From Isurus oxyrinchus (taxonomy: Eukaryota), in assembly GCA_026770705.1 (NCBI GenBank), contig JANJGN010000140.1:496001-560000 (forward strand): 64,000 bases of DNA, in the 5' to 3' direction. Positions within the stretch are counted from its first letter, which is position 1; every line of letters begins with the position of its first letter. Under the pieces are notes generated by a model. It ran no database searches, was not told the origin of the DNA, and saw only the letters and a list, made by a program, of their open reading frames with translations. This document shows, piece by piece, positions 22,496-35,299 of this stretch. A program made the position numbers and the translations under genes.

Positions 22496-24169
22496 GTGAC
22501 GGTGATTGGTGGAGAAATATTGTCCAGGCCAATTTCCCTTCTCTGCTTCAAAATAGTGGTCTACTCATCCGAAAGCCGGCCCCTCTGACTGTGCATATTT
22601 CCCTGAGGACTGAAGTGATGAGTCGTTATAGATTCTGGGGGACATGTCTCCTGAAGCTTCTTGTCCAGAGGCGGTAGGGTGGGTAACTGAGCCTCGGCTG
22701 ACAAGCAGTGTTGGCGGAAGGGCCTTTGTATTGTTATGCATGTGCACCTTTCTGCAAATGTATATAGTTTATATACACACTTTCAAGGAAATGAATACAA
22801 ATCGTTTATAGTGGTGATCAGGCTGATGACTAACATATGGGGTGCAGTGACCTCTCGGCGACTCGACCACAGGCCCTCCTGCACGGGAAGTCAGTTTCCG
22901 TCAGGGTCTCCTCAGTAAATTCTCGGATTGTTGTTTCCGACAGATTACGCATGCCCCGTGAGCGGACAGAATCTGTGAACAGACTGGAGACAGAATCCTG
23001 GTAATCCCAGGACGTGGGGACCCCTCAACAGCATAACCCATAAAAAAGGATTGAAATGAAGAGAAGGAAATTTAAAGAAATAAACTTTACTGGCCCCCTG
23101 GAAGCAGGGAGCCATTACATTTTAACCCTGGAATCAAATATCACACGAAAAGAGAAATAGCCTCTTACAGATGCAGGATGTCAGTAAGCACTTCCCAACC
23201 GGACGAAGTACCTTTCCAGTGTAGCCGCTGTTCTGATGTTAGTAATATTATTTACACAGTGGGCAGTGGGAATCTTTGATTCTCTGCCAGAAAGGGTTGT
23301 CTCTCTGACTCTTATAGTGGAGTGAAGGGATTTGAGTGTTCCGGTATTTTCCTGATATTTTGAAGTTGTGACCAATAGTGACCAAAATATTCGGTCACGA
23401 AAAGATGAACTGGTCTCTCCCTCCCTATATCTCTCTCTCTGTCTCTTTGTCTCTGTCTCTCTGTCCCGCCCTCTATCTCTCTGTCTCGCTCTATCTCTCT
23501 CTTTTTCTCACTATCTCTCTCTCTCTCAATGCGATAACCTTTTACTTCGGACTATGCAGTTATATTGGACCAAAAAATATAATGATTTATAGGCCTCAAC
23601 CTCTAAGTATCTTCTGTAATTCACCTATCGATTCTTAACCTATATACACTATTGTTTACAGTAACATCTCACAACGCCAAAATATTTCCAGTATTCCCCA
23701 ACTGTCACGTGTCAGAGCCGTGAACTGACGGCTTGCTACGTTTTCTGCAAAGATAAGGTCCTGGAGCGCCATGTAGTGGGATCCTGCCTGTAAAACAACG
23801 ACTCTCAATTTATTCTCGAATATTGCTGAATGATATTGCTGGATCACTATTCTGCCACGTGATTATGATTCTGGTAGCTTTAGTTTTACTATTACTGGAA
23901 GTGCTATCTTTTCGATGTTTTGCGTATACTACCGTTACTAATTAATATTCATTCCTAGACTATTTGACTCAATTTTCTGACGTGCCCACGTCATTCGGAC
24001 AGTACCTGTTCATTTGCATAGATAGGGGGGCATCTTGTTCATAAATTCATAAATCCGTAACTGATGAGGTTGTGATCGATCATTTCAGAAGAATGTAATG
24101 CTTGCAAACACCTTAATCATCAAAGAACGATGTCAATCAAATTTCAGGATGCCAGATATATATGAGCAT

Positions 24170-24452
24170 ACAAATACCCCGCCATCCAATAAGGTCATGT
24201 CTGATTTGATTGTAAACTCTCACCTAACCCCGGTTACCTTCCACTCCCTTGTTTATCAAAAATTGATCACCCTCTCCTTGAAAAGATTCAAAGACGCTGT
24301 TTCCCCTGCCCTTTGAGGAAGGGGGTTCCAAACACTTACTCTTTCTGAGAGAAAATTTTCCTCTCATCTCTGATTTAAATAGGAGACCCCTTATTTTTAA
24401 ACAGTGACCCCTAGTTCTAGCTTTTCCCACAAGAGGAAAGATCCTTTCCATG
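24170..24452 (-). mobile_element. CR1 3' fragment
   Basis: ORF 24224-24451 MERIFPLVGKARTRGHCLKIRG. Confidence 0.85.
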
Positions 24453-25229
24453 TGTGATTTATTTTTATAGAGGTCGTTAATCTGTATGCTGTACTATTAT
24501 GAAATAATAAAAAAATATTTTTATTCAGTTACTCGGATGATGAACAGTTTTTTTTTGCAGAATCACTCCCGCTTCTTAAGCCCATGTCCCGATTGTCTCC
24601 CCAGTCCCCATGTCGAATGAGTTCTAGCGCAGTCTCCTCCCCTCCGTACCTCCACGTGTTTCACTGCACTGTTCTTCACCGTAGCAACTGAGAACTTAAC
24701 CGAGTGAACGGTAAGAGTGGTAGAGCCTTTCACATGGTCCACAGATACTTTAAATCTTCATTCAACTCTTTCATCACTGAATATGGAGAAGAGATGCTCT
24801 GGGAGCGCAATTAGAGAATTGGCAGTGCAAGAATGTAAGTTCATTTGCAGCGAAAGTAGAGTTATGGTGAAGCAAAATGAATGTCCTTGCGTTCCCGATA
24901 AACCAATACCAGAATTTGTTTCCCAGTGACAAGGAGTAGCTGCCAAAAAAAGAATGAAACTAATATAATGATACATACAAGGAAAACTAAATGTAGTGCT
25001 TGTGGAAAAAGGTAGAATAAACTGATCAGTCCACCCAACCACCTATCCACCCTGGGTCCACCTGAGTTAACGGTTCTGTAAGAATAGCCCATAATTATCA
25101 GCTATAGGAACTCCACTTCTGAGAGATTTCATTACCTCTGTTGGCAAATCGATATTCCGAGTAAGTTCGGAACTGGTTACGCTACAAATAGCTGCATGGA
25201 AATAGCTTGGCTTGCTTGGACACGATGGT

Positions 25230-25548
25230 GTGCTGGTATTATCCTTACAATAGTGCTTTAAGAATCCGGGCTAACCCTTTGGGGGCTCCGGTTCGAATCC
25301 CGCTTTAGTGGAATTTAAATTCAATTTAAAAGTATAATGATGACCATAAAACGGTTGTTATAAAAACCCATTTGGTTCACTGTTGTACTTTAGGGAGGGA
25401 AATCTGTCTTCCTTACCTGGCCTGGCCTACATGTGGCTCCAGGCCCACAGCAATGTGGTTAACTCTAAAATGTCCACTGAACAAGGGCAATTTGGGGATG
25501 GGCAACAAATGCTGGCCTAGCCAGTGACGCCCACATCCCATGAAAGAA
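25230..25548 (+). mobile_element. tRNA-derived SINE with LINE-shared tail (second copy at 32670-32935)
   Basis: B-box GGTTCGAATCCC; body and tail GGGCAACAAATGCTGGCCTAGCCAGTGACGCCCACATCCC shared with the other copy. Confidence 0.8.
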
Positions 25549-25747
25549 CAAACATTTTTCCCCCCAAAACTGTCTCTCTGTGGATTTAGACAAGGACAAA
25601 AAGAGCAATAAAACTGCGGTAAATAGACCTGTCTGTTTTGCTTTTCAGGAACCCAGGATGAAACCCTTCCCATTCACAAAAGCACATAAGAAAGCTTATC
25701 GAAGCTGTAAGTTCTCGCTGAGGTATGGGGTTCTAGCTGTGATCTAA

Positions 25748-26287
25748 CGCTGTGCCTCATTGCAGAGTAATACACCGCCCCGTCCTCCACACTCAGTTCG
25801 CTTATGTTGAGGTAACCGTTCTTTTGAGACATGTAAGCAGCCGCCAGATACCGTCCTGAAATTTAATTTTTCTTCAGTGCTAAGACATTGGTAATAATCC
25901 ATCTTGGTGGCTGTGCCGTCTGCTGCCGATACCATTGCATGTAGATTAGATTCCGATCTGTATATTCACAATCTAACTGCACCAAACCCCCTTCCGACAC
26001 CGTTAGTGCGACCGGGGACTGAGTTACTGGATGTGCGCATCGTCCGCCTGTGAGGTAGAGGAATGAAATATCAAGCGGTTAAACAGTGTTGATCTCAATT
26101 TGTTTGTAGCTGTTTGGGTTTGCAGAACTACCTAGTTATCCATACTATGGATATTTCTGATCGTGAATTCTACTAAAAACTATCGCAATCTCTGTACACT
26201 AATCTACCGATCTGCCTTGATCAACTTAATCCAGTACTTACTGTCGAACAGCGCCGTTAGTATTATCAGCAACATGTGAGACTGAAT
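25748..26287 (-). pseudogene. TCR alpha/delta V pseudogene
   Basis: Leader (I)QSHMLLIILTALFD with GTAAGT donor (26241); V exon 26047-25755 GRCAHPVTQSPVALTVSEGGLVQLDCEYTDRNLIYMQWYRQQTAQPPRWII...*...YLNISELSVEDGAVYYSAMR; heptamer CACAGCG, nonamer lost. Confidence 0.9.
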
Positions 26288-27384
26288 CTCTCTCAGCGAA
26301 TGTGAATGGAATGAGCGAGAGTTGGAGAAGGAGAGAGGGAACCCGGGCTCTGCCCAGCTCATTGTTCCTCCCGCACACTGCGGGGGGCAAGGCCCATTGT
26401 GACCTCACTCAGGAAACCATCCCTAAAGGTTTTGCCGTTTCCACCACGTGACTTAGTGACGCCCATGCTTGAATTTGGCACCCTCCGCTGGTGATTTCGG
26501 TTAAATCAGTGTTCGGATGCGGCCGTTGAATGGACTCAGGGTTTATTGAAATACATATCAAGAAACGAATGCTCCCCAGGAATCTGAATTGGAGCTGTTC
26601 AGACAGTCATTGCGGCTGCTGATGTTTAGGTCGGGCGTGATGTTAAATCTGTAGAAATGATTGCTGGAGTTCTCTGTCCAAAGCCTGAGCACTACGAAGT
26701 AGAAGGAATGTCAAGATTTTGGAGAAAGTGCGGACGCTTCACATCAGAATGGCACCAGATATGTGGACGTTTATGCGAACAGACTAGGCAAACGTGGATG
26801 CTTGTCCTCGCAACAAAGAAGGTAGAAGAGAGATTCAATTGATGTGCCAAAAATTGTCCTTTATTCAGAGTAGAACTCAATTTCTTCCATTGTCAGAAGA
26901 TTCAATAACCAAATCACCTCGATTTCATGAAAAGATTTGAGGGAAAGATTTGTTTTATTTATTACATTGTATATGTTACCATCTTGAATACGATGCTTGA
27001 AATGTTGGAGAAAGGGGTTTCAATCATAAATTTCAATGCGGAATTGTCATAATTTGGAAAAGGAAAACAACGTGGAAAATGCAGGCTCTGAAAGGCGATT
27101 GGGATCGGTCTTTCAAATAGACACAAATACGGTCCTCATTCCATCCCCTAACTTACAATGCTTCTGCTCCCTTCCTGCCCATCGCGCACTATTTATTCTC
27201 AGTCACTTGATGAGTGAACAGGTGCAGGATGCTCACGGTCTCCTGGAGCTTCAACCGTCGCTATTTCCGCTCCAACACTTCCGGCTGCAGCTGTTCATCG
27301 CCGCGCACTTTGATCAGTCTTCAATCTCCTGTATCTTCGGCCATAGCTTCCGTTTGTTCCTCTCCTCAGGCCCGAATTTGCCAG

Positions 27385-27635
27385 AGACAGTTTGATCTTT
27401 ACTTGATTTGACAGGTTGATAGTTAATCGATCTGAGAGACTTAAGTTGAAAAGTGAAGTACTTCCTGGAGGTGATGTGGCACATTAATCATATGTCTAGA
27501 ATTAACACAAAAAGGCGGGAAAGAGTTTAATCTTTAATGGATCTGAGAGACAGTTTAATCTTTAATCTATCATGGGAGACAGTTTTCTCTCTAATTCATC
27601 TGAGAGACAGTTTGATTTTTAATTGATCTCTCTAT
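27385..27635. repeat. ~26-bp degenerate minisatellite (GATCTGAGAGACAGTTTAATCTTTAA)
   Basis: Several visible units; the motif recurs near 38240-38280. Confidence 0.7.
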
Positions 27636-28781
27636 AGACATATATCTCTCTGTGTATGTATGCTTCTCCTTGTCCTCGTGTGCCTGTGCGTGCGTGCTTG
27701 AGTTGATGCACTTCAGAGTACGTGTTTGATTTTACATGTCTGTGTGTGCACCTGCAAGTGCTTTTATGTATTTCTCTGTGTGCTAATCTCTGCGCGTGTC
27801 CATTGTGTGGGTCTGTGCCACCAGACTTTTTCCAATGCTGTGTGCGAGGCTTCGCCTGGACACAGCAGGGCTCTACTGGGACATTTGATGAAGAATTTTC
27901 AACCCAAAAACAGTTGAATTAGGTCAGTAACTTTATTACTTTTGTGCTAATTCTGGATATGTGATTAATGGGCCACATTACCTCCAAGAATTACTTCACT
28001 TTTCAACTTAATAAAAAACAGGAGCGAATAGTCCCACAGAGAGAAAAGACAGAGTAAAATAGACAGAAAGTGATATCGAGAGAAAAAGAGGGAAAAAAGT
28101 AGACAAAGCTAGAGGAGAAAGAGGAAGAGAGAGGGAGAAAAAAGTGGTATTGGGGGGGCGGGATATGGGGTGGTGTTGGCGGGGTGCAGAATGTGTGGCA
28201 TTCTATGTAAGATCCCTCTTTATATCGGCTGAGTATTTTTCACGGTCATCGAGAAGCTTTTTTAATGGGAGACTCGAACACTGGTCAGAGAAAAACTTTA
28301 AATATTACCCATCATCGTTCCACATCAAAGATTGACCCACTTAAAGAAACTATATCGGCTTCAATGCAGTTTTTATTATTCCACACTCCAGAGCGTAGTC
28401 GCTGAGTTTATGTTAGACTGAGGTTGCTAGTTCTTTGGGTTTGAAGGGAAACAAGGGACCTGGATTTAGTGCAGGAAGGTAGATGAGAGTTAGATAGGTA
28501 GATTAGAGATAGCTGGTGCTGCAGTGTCGAGAGACCGAGTGCCCGACTCCAGCTCCTGTTTCATATGTTCGTATGCTCTCTCTGCTTATTTGGAACTCTC
28601 TGGCGACACGGATTGAAGGAACTGTGAGCTGATTGGATGAACTGAAGGACAAAGAGCTGTGAGCTCAGTCAGGAATAAACCAGTCGGACGCGGGGCCGGA
28701 TATTACTCAACATCTTAACTCTTCACTAAAACAATTCTGGTTGGAATCAATCTATTCAAATCCGCCATCGGCTCTGCAAAC

Positions 28782-29288
28782 ATGTTGTCTGTTCATTCTT
28801 CACAACTGCGATTCTCTTAACTGGTAAATTGCAAAGTTACGCAATTTTCATTTTGCAGGTTATACTGGCACAGTGATCTTCCTTTTAACTATGTTTCCCT
28901 TTATTTGTAAAGGGCTCCGTTAACATGATAACCCTGATTGTAACAATGATAATAAGAAGTTGAAGTTCTGTACTTTGAATTTTCTGCAGACTCGGTGTTA
29001 CAGGAGCCGGTTGCAGGGGCACAGTTTGAAGGAGACTCACTGACCATTAATTTCAGCTATTCGACCACGTTTGGTTTCTGCTTATTGCAACTGTACCATC
29101 AGGAAGGCGAAAAAGCCCCCACAATATTGACCTGTAACCCTTACGCTGGGGTTGTTTTCAACGCAGAGGGCGCGGGGACTCGATTATCCGCATCTCTCGA
29201 CACTTCCAGAAGTGAGGAGAATTTCACCAACCGCGACCTGCGGCTGCCTGACAGGGCAGTGTATTACTGCGGGCTGAGAGACACAGTG
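28782..29288 (+). pseudogene. TCR alpha/delta V pseudogene of the Cys23-less family
   Basis: Frameshifted leader 28782-28823; V exon from 28990 DSVLQEPVAGAQFEGDSLTINFSYST...LQLYHQ...DLRLPDRAVYYCGLRD; CACAGTG at 29282-88, nonamer destroyed. Confidence 0.9.
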
Positions 29289-30329
29289 ACAGGAACCAGA
29301 CGGAGCCTTCCTCGTAGAGGAACACTGCAGAAACGTGACCCGTTGAACGGAATGGCGGGTAGAGTGGGGAGGAACAAAGACTTTCAAAGCATATAACCGG
29401 AATGTGCTCATTTAAAGTAAATCCAAATAAATAACAAGCCGATAGCAACAGGTGCAGCATTTTGAATTTTTCCATTTAGATCGAATACATCCTGAGCATA
29501 ATGTAAAATGTGTTCAGAAAAGTCATCCTATTTTTGTAAATTAAAGAATAAACGGCAGAAATGCTGAGCAAAATAGTTGAGCTTATGTTCCAGCCGTTAC
29601 AGAGGGTACACACAACACAAATGCAGCATCAGTTATATATCACTGAAGGGAGGCGCAGCAAAAAAGGACAAAGGCTTTGCATTTTCATAAAGCCTTATCT
29701 AGTGTGTTCAGATTTCCCAAAGCGCTTTCAGTGCTCAAACTTTCTGATAATTAAAAAAAAAGCTTTAGTATTCAGTCGGTAACCTGGTCATCTGTTCCGG
29801 TGCCTAGAACACAGCAGCCTGTCCTTGTGGATTATACAATCTATTAATCATTGTTCATCAGCTTCTAATCATGTCTTGAAAATAACCTCTTTGTGCCTGT
29901 TTATTTTATAGGTTCTTAATTTCAATATATGGAAACAACTAATATCGAGAGATGTTTAATCAGGTCATTATATTTATTCGGATTCTCCTCACCTAGTGGC
30001 CTTATGTCTCACTACTGGCTATTTCAACACAAAAGAAACATTTGTTCCTTTGCCATCAGTTGTTTCATGAACAGCAGTGCACTGATATAAATCGGCGCAG
30101 GCCACTTTCATGTGTTTGTTCTCAATGGATATGGCGATCTCTCAGACATTCCCAAATAAGCAATAGGATTCTGCCCCCCACATTTAATACAGTAATCAGA
30201 CTGAATCAATATTCAATGCGAGCGATTTAGATGGTGATTCCGTGGATTGTGCTCGAACAGAATGGATTGACGTGCCAGTGTCTGACCCGCTGTTATAAAC
30301 AGCCCTCAACAGACAGCAGCTGTGCTCCA

Positions 30330-30548
30330 GAAAGTGAGACTCAGTGCACAGCAATAGACCGCGGTGTTAGATAGCCACAACTCCAAGATCGTCAATCGAT
30401 ACAACTGCTGGACTATATTAGAAAACCGGCTCTGAGCGAAATCCGCCTTAAATACTGAACTGCCACCCGTGAGCCTCCGGACTGCAAATTCGGGCTGTCT
30501 GCCTGGGTACTGCCGGTACCAGCATAAGGAATCAGCATCGTCGGTACA
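30330..30548 (-). pseudogene. TCR delta-like V pseudogene, 3' half only
   Basis: DSLCWYRQYPGRQPEFAVRRLTGGSSVFKADFAQSRFS...YRLTILELWLSNTAVYCCALS; 5' part replaced by a Penelope fragment. Confidence 0.88.
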
Positions 30549-31228
30549 GGGTGGAGTGTTGAAATGCATGTCCACCCTCTCATGCCCACATGTCCATCCT
30601 TGGCCTGCTGCAATGTTCCAGTGACGCTCAACGCAAACTGGAGGAACAGCACCTCATCTTCTGACTAGGCACTTTACAGCCTTCCGGACTGAATATTGAG
30701 TTCAACAATTTTAGATCATGAACAGTCTTCTCCATCCCCACCCCCTTTCCGACCCCCCTTTTTTCCAATAATTTATATAGATTTTTCTTTTCCCGCTTAT
30801 TTCCATTACTTTTGAATGTATTTCCATCCATTGTTTTATCTCTATTTCGATCCCTTCCCCCCACCCCAACCCCACAAGGGCTATCTGTACCTTGCTCGCC
30901 CTGCTTTCTACCCTTAATGTCACCTATTAGCACATTTCTTATCTAATATCACCACCGTCAACATCTCTGTGTCCTTCTGTCTATGACATCTTCTGGAAAT
31001 CTTCACCTATCACTGGCCCTCTATCCAGCTCTACTTGTCTCCACCACCGCACCCCCCACCACACCCCCCAACCAACCCCCCCCCCAGCCCCCCATTAAAC
31101 GAGCTTATATTTCACCTCTCTTTTATTTTTCCTTAGTTCTGTTGAAGAGTCATACGGACTCAAAATGTTAACTGTGTTCCTCTCCGCAGATGCTGTCAGA
31201 CCTGCTGATTTTTACCAGGTATTTTTAT
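30549..31228 (+). mobile_element. 5'-truncated Penelope-like element (GIY-YIG C-terminus, UTR, dead hammerhead) with short inverted 5' piece
   Basis: QRKLEEQHLIF*LGTLQPSGLNIEFNNFRS, homologous to 56560-57230; inverted CAGGGTGGAGTGTTGAAATG at its left end. Confidence 0.9.
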
Positions 31229-31231
31229 TGT

Positions 31232-31518
31232 CATATTAGATGGAGGTTCGGTGTAGTTATACTGTGAATAAAAAACCATGGATATTTACTACAGGCAATG
31301 GTAACGGCAGAAACCAACACATCCTCCAGGCTGGATAATCAGCAGAACAGTGGTGCTGAAAGAAGGCAAAAATCTCAGGACAATATCTGGTGGCTGCTGA
31401 CAGGTCTACAAAGTCTGGTTACCTCAAAAAAAGCGGTCTGAGTATGAAGGCCAGCGCGGTCTATTATGGCGCAGTGAAACACAGCGTCAGATAACAGCCA
31501 AGTCGCCGTATAAAATCC
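31232..31518 (+). pseudogene. TCR alpha/delta V pseudogene (same family as 25748-26287), 5'-truncated
   Basis: GGSV*LYCE...QW*RQKPTHPPGWII...DRSTKSGYL..SGLSMKASAVYYGAVK; RSS CACAGCG (31480)-23-ATAAAATCC. Confidence 0.88.
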
Positions 31519-32197
31519 TGAGCGACTACTCACAACACTGTCAAGTGTTCTTTTGCGCTTTTACCGGTGGGGAATTTGATCCCGAGGAAGCCCATGGAGA
31601 AAGATTGGTAGGTTTATTTCTCAAATTGTTGTATTACTCTCTTGGTCCTTTCCTACGTCAACAGGGAGCTTGGATGGAAATATTGAGATCTAACTCAATG
31701 TTTCGAGCTACACCTCCTCAGTAAATACCTCGGATCTCACCCGGAATATTAATGTGTCAGCAGAGCTAGAGAAAGTTATCAGGTATGCAGTAACTGCTGC
31801 CTAACATCATTATCTTTTCTTCCAGACCGTTAACCCAGAGGGATGCAGGAACTCTCACTCTTTCTCGCCCTCTTGCCTGTAACAAAGCACAGAATGCACC
31901 AAAGTTTAGGACTAGACTTAAACATGAAATACCCAATGATTATTTCAACACTGGCCCACTGAACACATTTTCAGAAGGAACATGGGAGGCACATGGTGTC
32001 TTATTTCCATTTTGACAGGACATAAATGAATATTAAACGGATATTGAACCTTCTGGTCTGATCTTATAGTGTGAATTCTGATCTGGGCAGTATTCAAATA
32101 TTAGGGGACTGAGGGCCCTTTTCCAGTCAGATTGTTATCAAATTCCCAGTTCTTTAATGAGGGCAGAGGCTACAAATTGTCACCCTCTCCCTCAGAA

Positions 32198-32490
32198 GGC
32201 TTTTCTATGATCCTTATTGCGAGGTAACACCTTCTGTCTCAAACGAACAGAAATAGGTGGCACCGTCTGTCACTGAAGTGTTGCTAACATTCAAAGCACT
32301 TCACTATGCTAAATTGGGCCAAACTTTGATCCTTTTCCGATCGCTGGTACTTCTCGCCAGGTGCTGCACTGTTTAGTCCGGATATTGTCTGTACCATTGT
32401 AGGATCCGCCCTGCTACTGTGATAAAACACGTCAATGTTACAATGTCCCCTTCTGCAACAACCGCTTACTGTCATGTTCCATCACTACCA
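32198..32490 (-). pseudogene. TCR alpha/delta V pseudogene
   Basis: VAEGDIVTLTCFITVAGRILQWYRQYPD*TVQHLA...SALNVSNTSVTDGATYFCSFE; RSS CAGAAGG-23-AGAAAAGCC. Confidence 0.85.
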
Positions 32491-33019
32491 GTTACATTAG
32501 ATATAATGGCACATAATTAGTAAAATATAACGCAATTCCTTATAACATACAACAATAAAATACAAAATAACAAAATACATGTTGATAGAATACAGGAAAA
32601 TGCAATCCAACAGAATATAGCATAATTATATTTTTATATATATCTACATATATATACATATATATAATTCGAACCCCGACAAATCCTGAAATTTGAATTC
32701 AATACAAATCTGGGAATATGACCATGAAACCACTGTCGGTTGTCGTAAAAACCCATCTGGTTCATTTATACTCTTTAGGGGAGGAAATCTGCCATCCTTA
32801 TTTGGTCTGGCCAACATGTGACTCCAGTCCCACAGCAACGTGGTTAACGCTTAAATACACTCTGAACAAGGTCAACTAGGGAGGGATGGGTAATAAATGG
32901 TGGCCCGGCCAGCGACGCCCACACCTCATAAACGAATAATATATATTATGTTGTGGCAATATATATTGCACTATATACGATATTATAGTCATATTGTATC
33001 TAATGTTGTGTGCCGCAAT

Positions 33020-34525
33020 CACGTGGAGGATAGAGTGAGAAATCCGGAGAGGCCACCAATAAAATGAAGCTAAGCTTCATGTCGTGTCCTATCAACTTCG
33101 GTAAATTAATTGTCGGCAGATCCAGGTCAGGGTAACTGCTTCTGGAGAAGTTAGTGCTGTTGTGCATCAATCTTAACGAACACAAGAACACTGTACCCGC
33201 TAGGAACAGGCTTCTGGGGCTTCACTTCACAGAGTGAAGTATTTCTCGCTCAGCTTTGTTGGAAGGTGGGAGGAGCGTCCGTTTCATTATCCTGAATCAG
33301 ACCGAATAATGGAAACAGAAAGAACACAAATCGTGAGCAATGGTCTCTGTGATCCTCTCAAAGGTGACCATTTAACCAGGTGGCGGTGCCGGGTCGCTGT
33401 GTCTACCACAGGTCATGTTGTCCCAAAGAATGCGGACTGGCATTTGCTTCCATCTAAATTCACAAAATAAATTATTTTCAGTCCTTCGGTTTGAATTCAT
33501 AATATTCTATCTTTGATCATGCTAAAAATTTCATACCTTACTTTAATACAAATAAGGTAGTTACCTCAAGTTGACAGTTTTGAATTAAGTACATTTGCTA
33601 TGACAATGGATTATAATTCGGATTGGGTTGGGATTTTTCTGGTCATCCAAAATCTGCTTTCACCCGCATACTTCAACCCGAGCTCAATGGTGAAGGGATT
33701 TGCAACTATATAACAACATTGGAATTCATTTCGTGAACCTGGAACTAACATGGTTCTCATGGAGAGGTCGAGTTATATCATTTTCAATGAGCATATTATT
33801 GTTGAAGCAACTTTCTCACACTTGTTTTGTCCATGCGCTGTCTAGGTAAATGCTGCAGTTGAACAGCGACCACAGATATGATATCCTTTTAACGCTGCCA
33901 ATGTCAAGGTATGGTGAAAAGATATCTCCTACTGTCAGTATGCAAGGTATTCTTGACTGCATGCCCTGCAAATCGGAACCCGCTCGACCCTCTGATCTCT
34001 TTCACATTCATCTGCAGTTATTATAGTAACACCAGCAGGCCTATATGTTCTCTATTCTACCTTCTTACTTTTCAATAATTAAGGCAATTTTACATTTTGT
34101 TTCAGCTGCATTAATTGTTTGTATTACAGCACCACCCCTCCACAACCCCACGCCCCCCTCGGCTGGGTGGATCCATTCACTGGCAGCAATAACGCTGACG
34201 TCTCCCTTGAATTCACTAGTCCCGAGTGCCTTAAAAGGTGAACTTTCTGACTCATTGCTCAGTCCAGTCACCTTCCTCGAGAAAGGTAGGTCTGGAACCA
34301 CTTTGTCTGGGCAGATTTCCACACAGAGCAGCAGTGGGTGAAGTTTGATTTCGGGCCAGATCACGAGGACCTGACTGCGCCACCAAAGTGATTTGTCATC
34401 AATCGCTTTTGACCTTTGCAAACTGCAACCAGCCCGATTATCGGATGTGTTGTTGAGGAACACATCGGCCACCTGGTTAGATGCCGGAGAACAAACAGAT
34501 AGGAAGCTGTCGCATTAGCCGTACT
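33020..34525 (-). pseudogene. Decayed Ig heavy-chain-like constant (C1-set) exons
   Basis: Splice acceptors at about 34525, 33453 and 33291 followed by C1 motifs: SPASNQVADVFLNNT...VIAASEW; DGSKC...TCGRHSDPAP; TLLPPSNK/LSEKYFTL/VK*SPRSLFLAGTV; NFS/PEAVTLTW. Confidence 0.55.
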
Positions 34526-35299
34526 CTGGAAAATTAAAAGATCAAAAAGCGAATCGATCAACAATAAGAAAAGATTTTCCAGAGAACTGATCTTGCTGGA
34601 ATTTCTGAAACGATTTGCAGGATTATGGGAGGAAGGCAGGTATTCTGGCTTAGCTGCTCTCACAGAAGGTCGGCACGGATAAAATGGGATGAATGGTCTT
34701 CCTCTGTGCTGTCACCGCTCCATCATTTTATGATTCTAACCACTGTCTTGAAATATGACATATCCAATTGGGACATTCACCTTTTTATCTTCATGTGACT
34801 ATTCTGGTGTAAGAAGGCTAGGTTGGAAAATGAAGCTATTGAAACTTTTGCATGTTTGCCTTGCATTAAGACAGGTCCATGGTGAGGGCCGGATACCCCA
34901 AGTTTAATTCTCAATTTATTTTCAAAGTACATCAATCACAGTCAGCAATCTATCTCTGCTTCTACCTCAACAGCAGCTCTTCCTTAATGATCCTCAGGAA
35001 GTCATAACGACGGATTAAAATCTGAAGTTAATCACTGAGAAAAGCAAGTGAGTGAAAGGTATGGAGGATAGGGAAAGGGATATTAAAATATGAAGGAAAG
35101 ATACACCTGAATTGGGATTTCTGAATAGGAGGAAAGGAATATTACACCCTGAGGTGATATTTCTGAAGAAGGGGAAAGGGATATTAAAATATGAAGGAAA
35201 TATGTGATGAGATGTGATTTCTGAAGCCATTCACTGTACCGAGGGTGGGGATCGATGTTAAAGGAGTGAAGGACAATTCAAAACCGTTTTATTTTGTTT

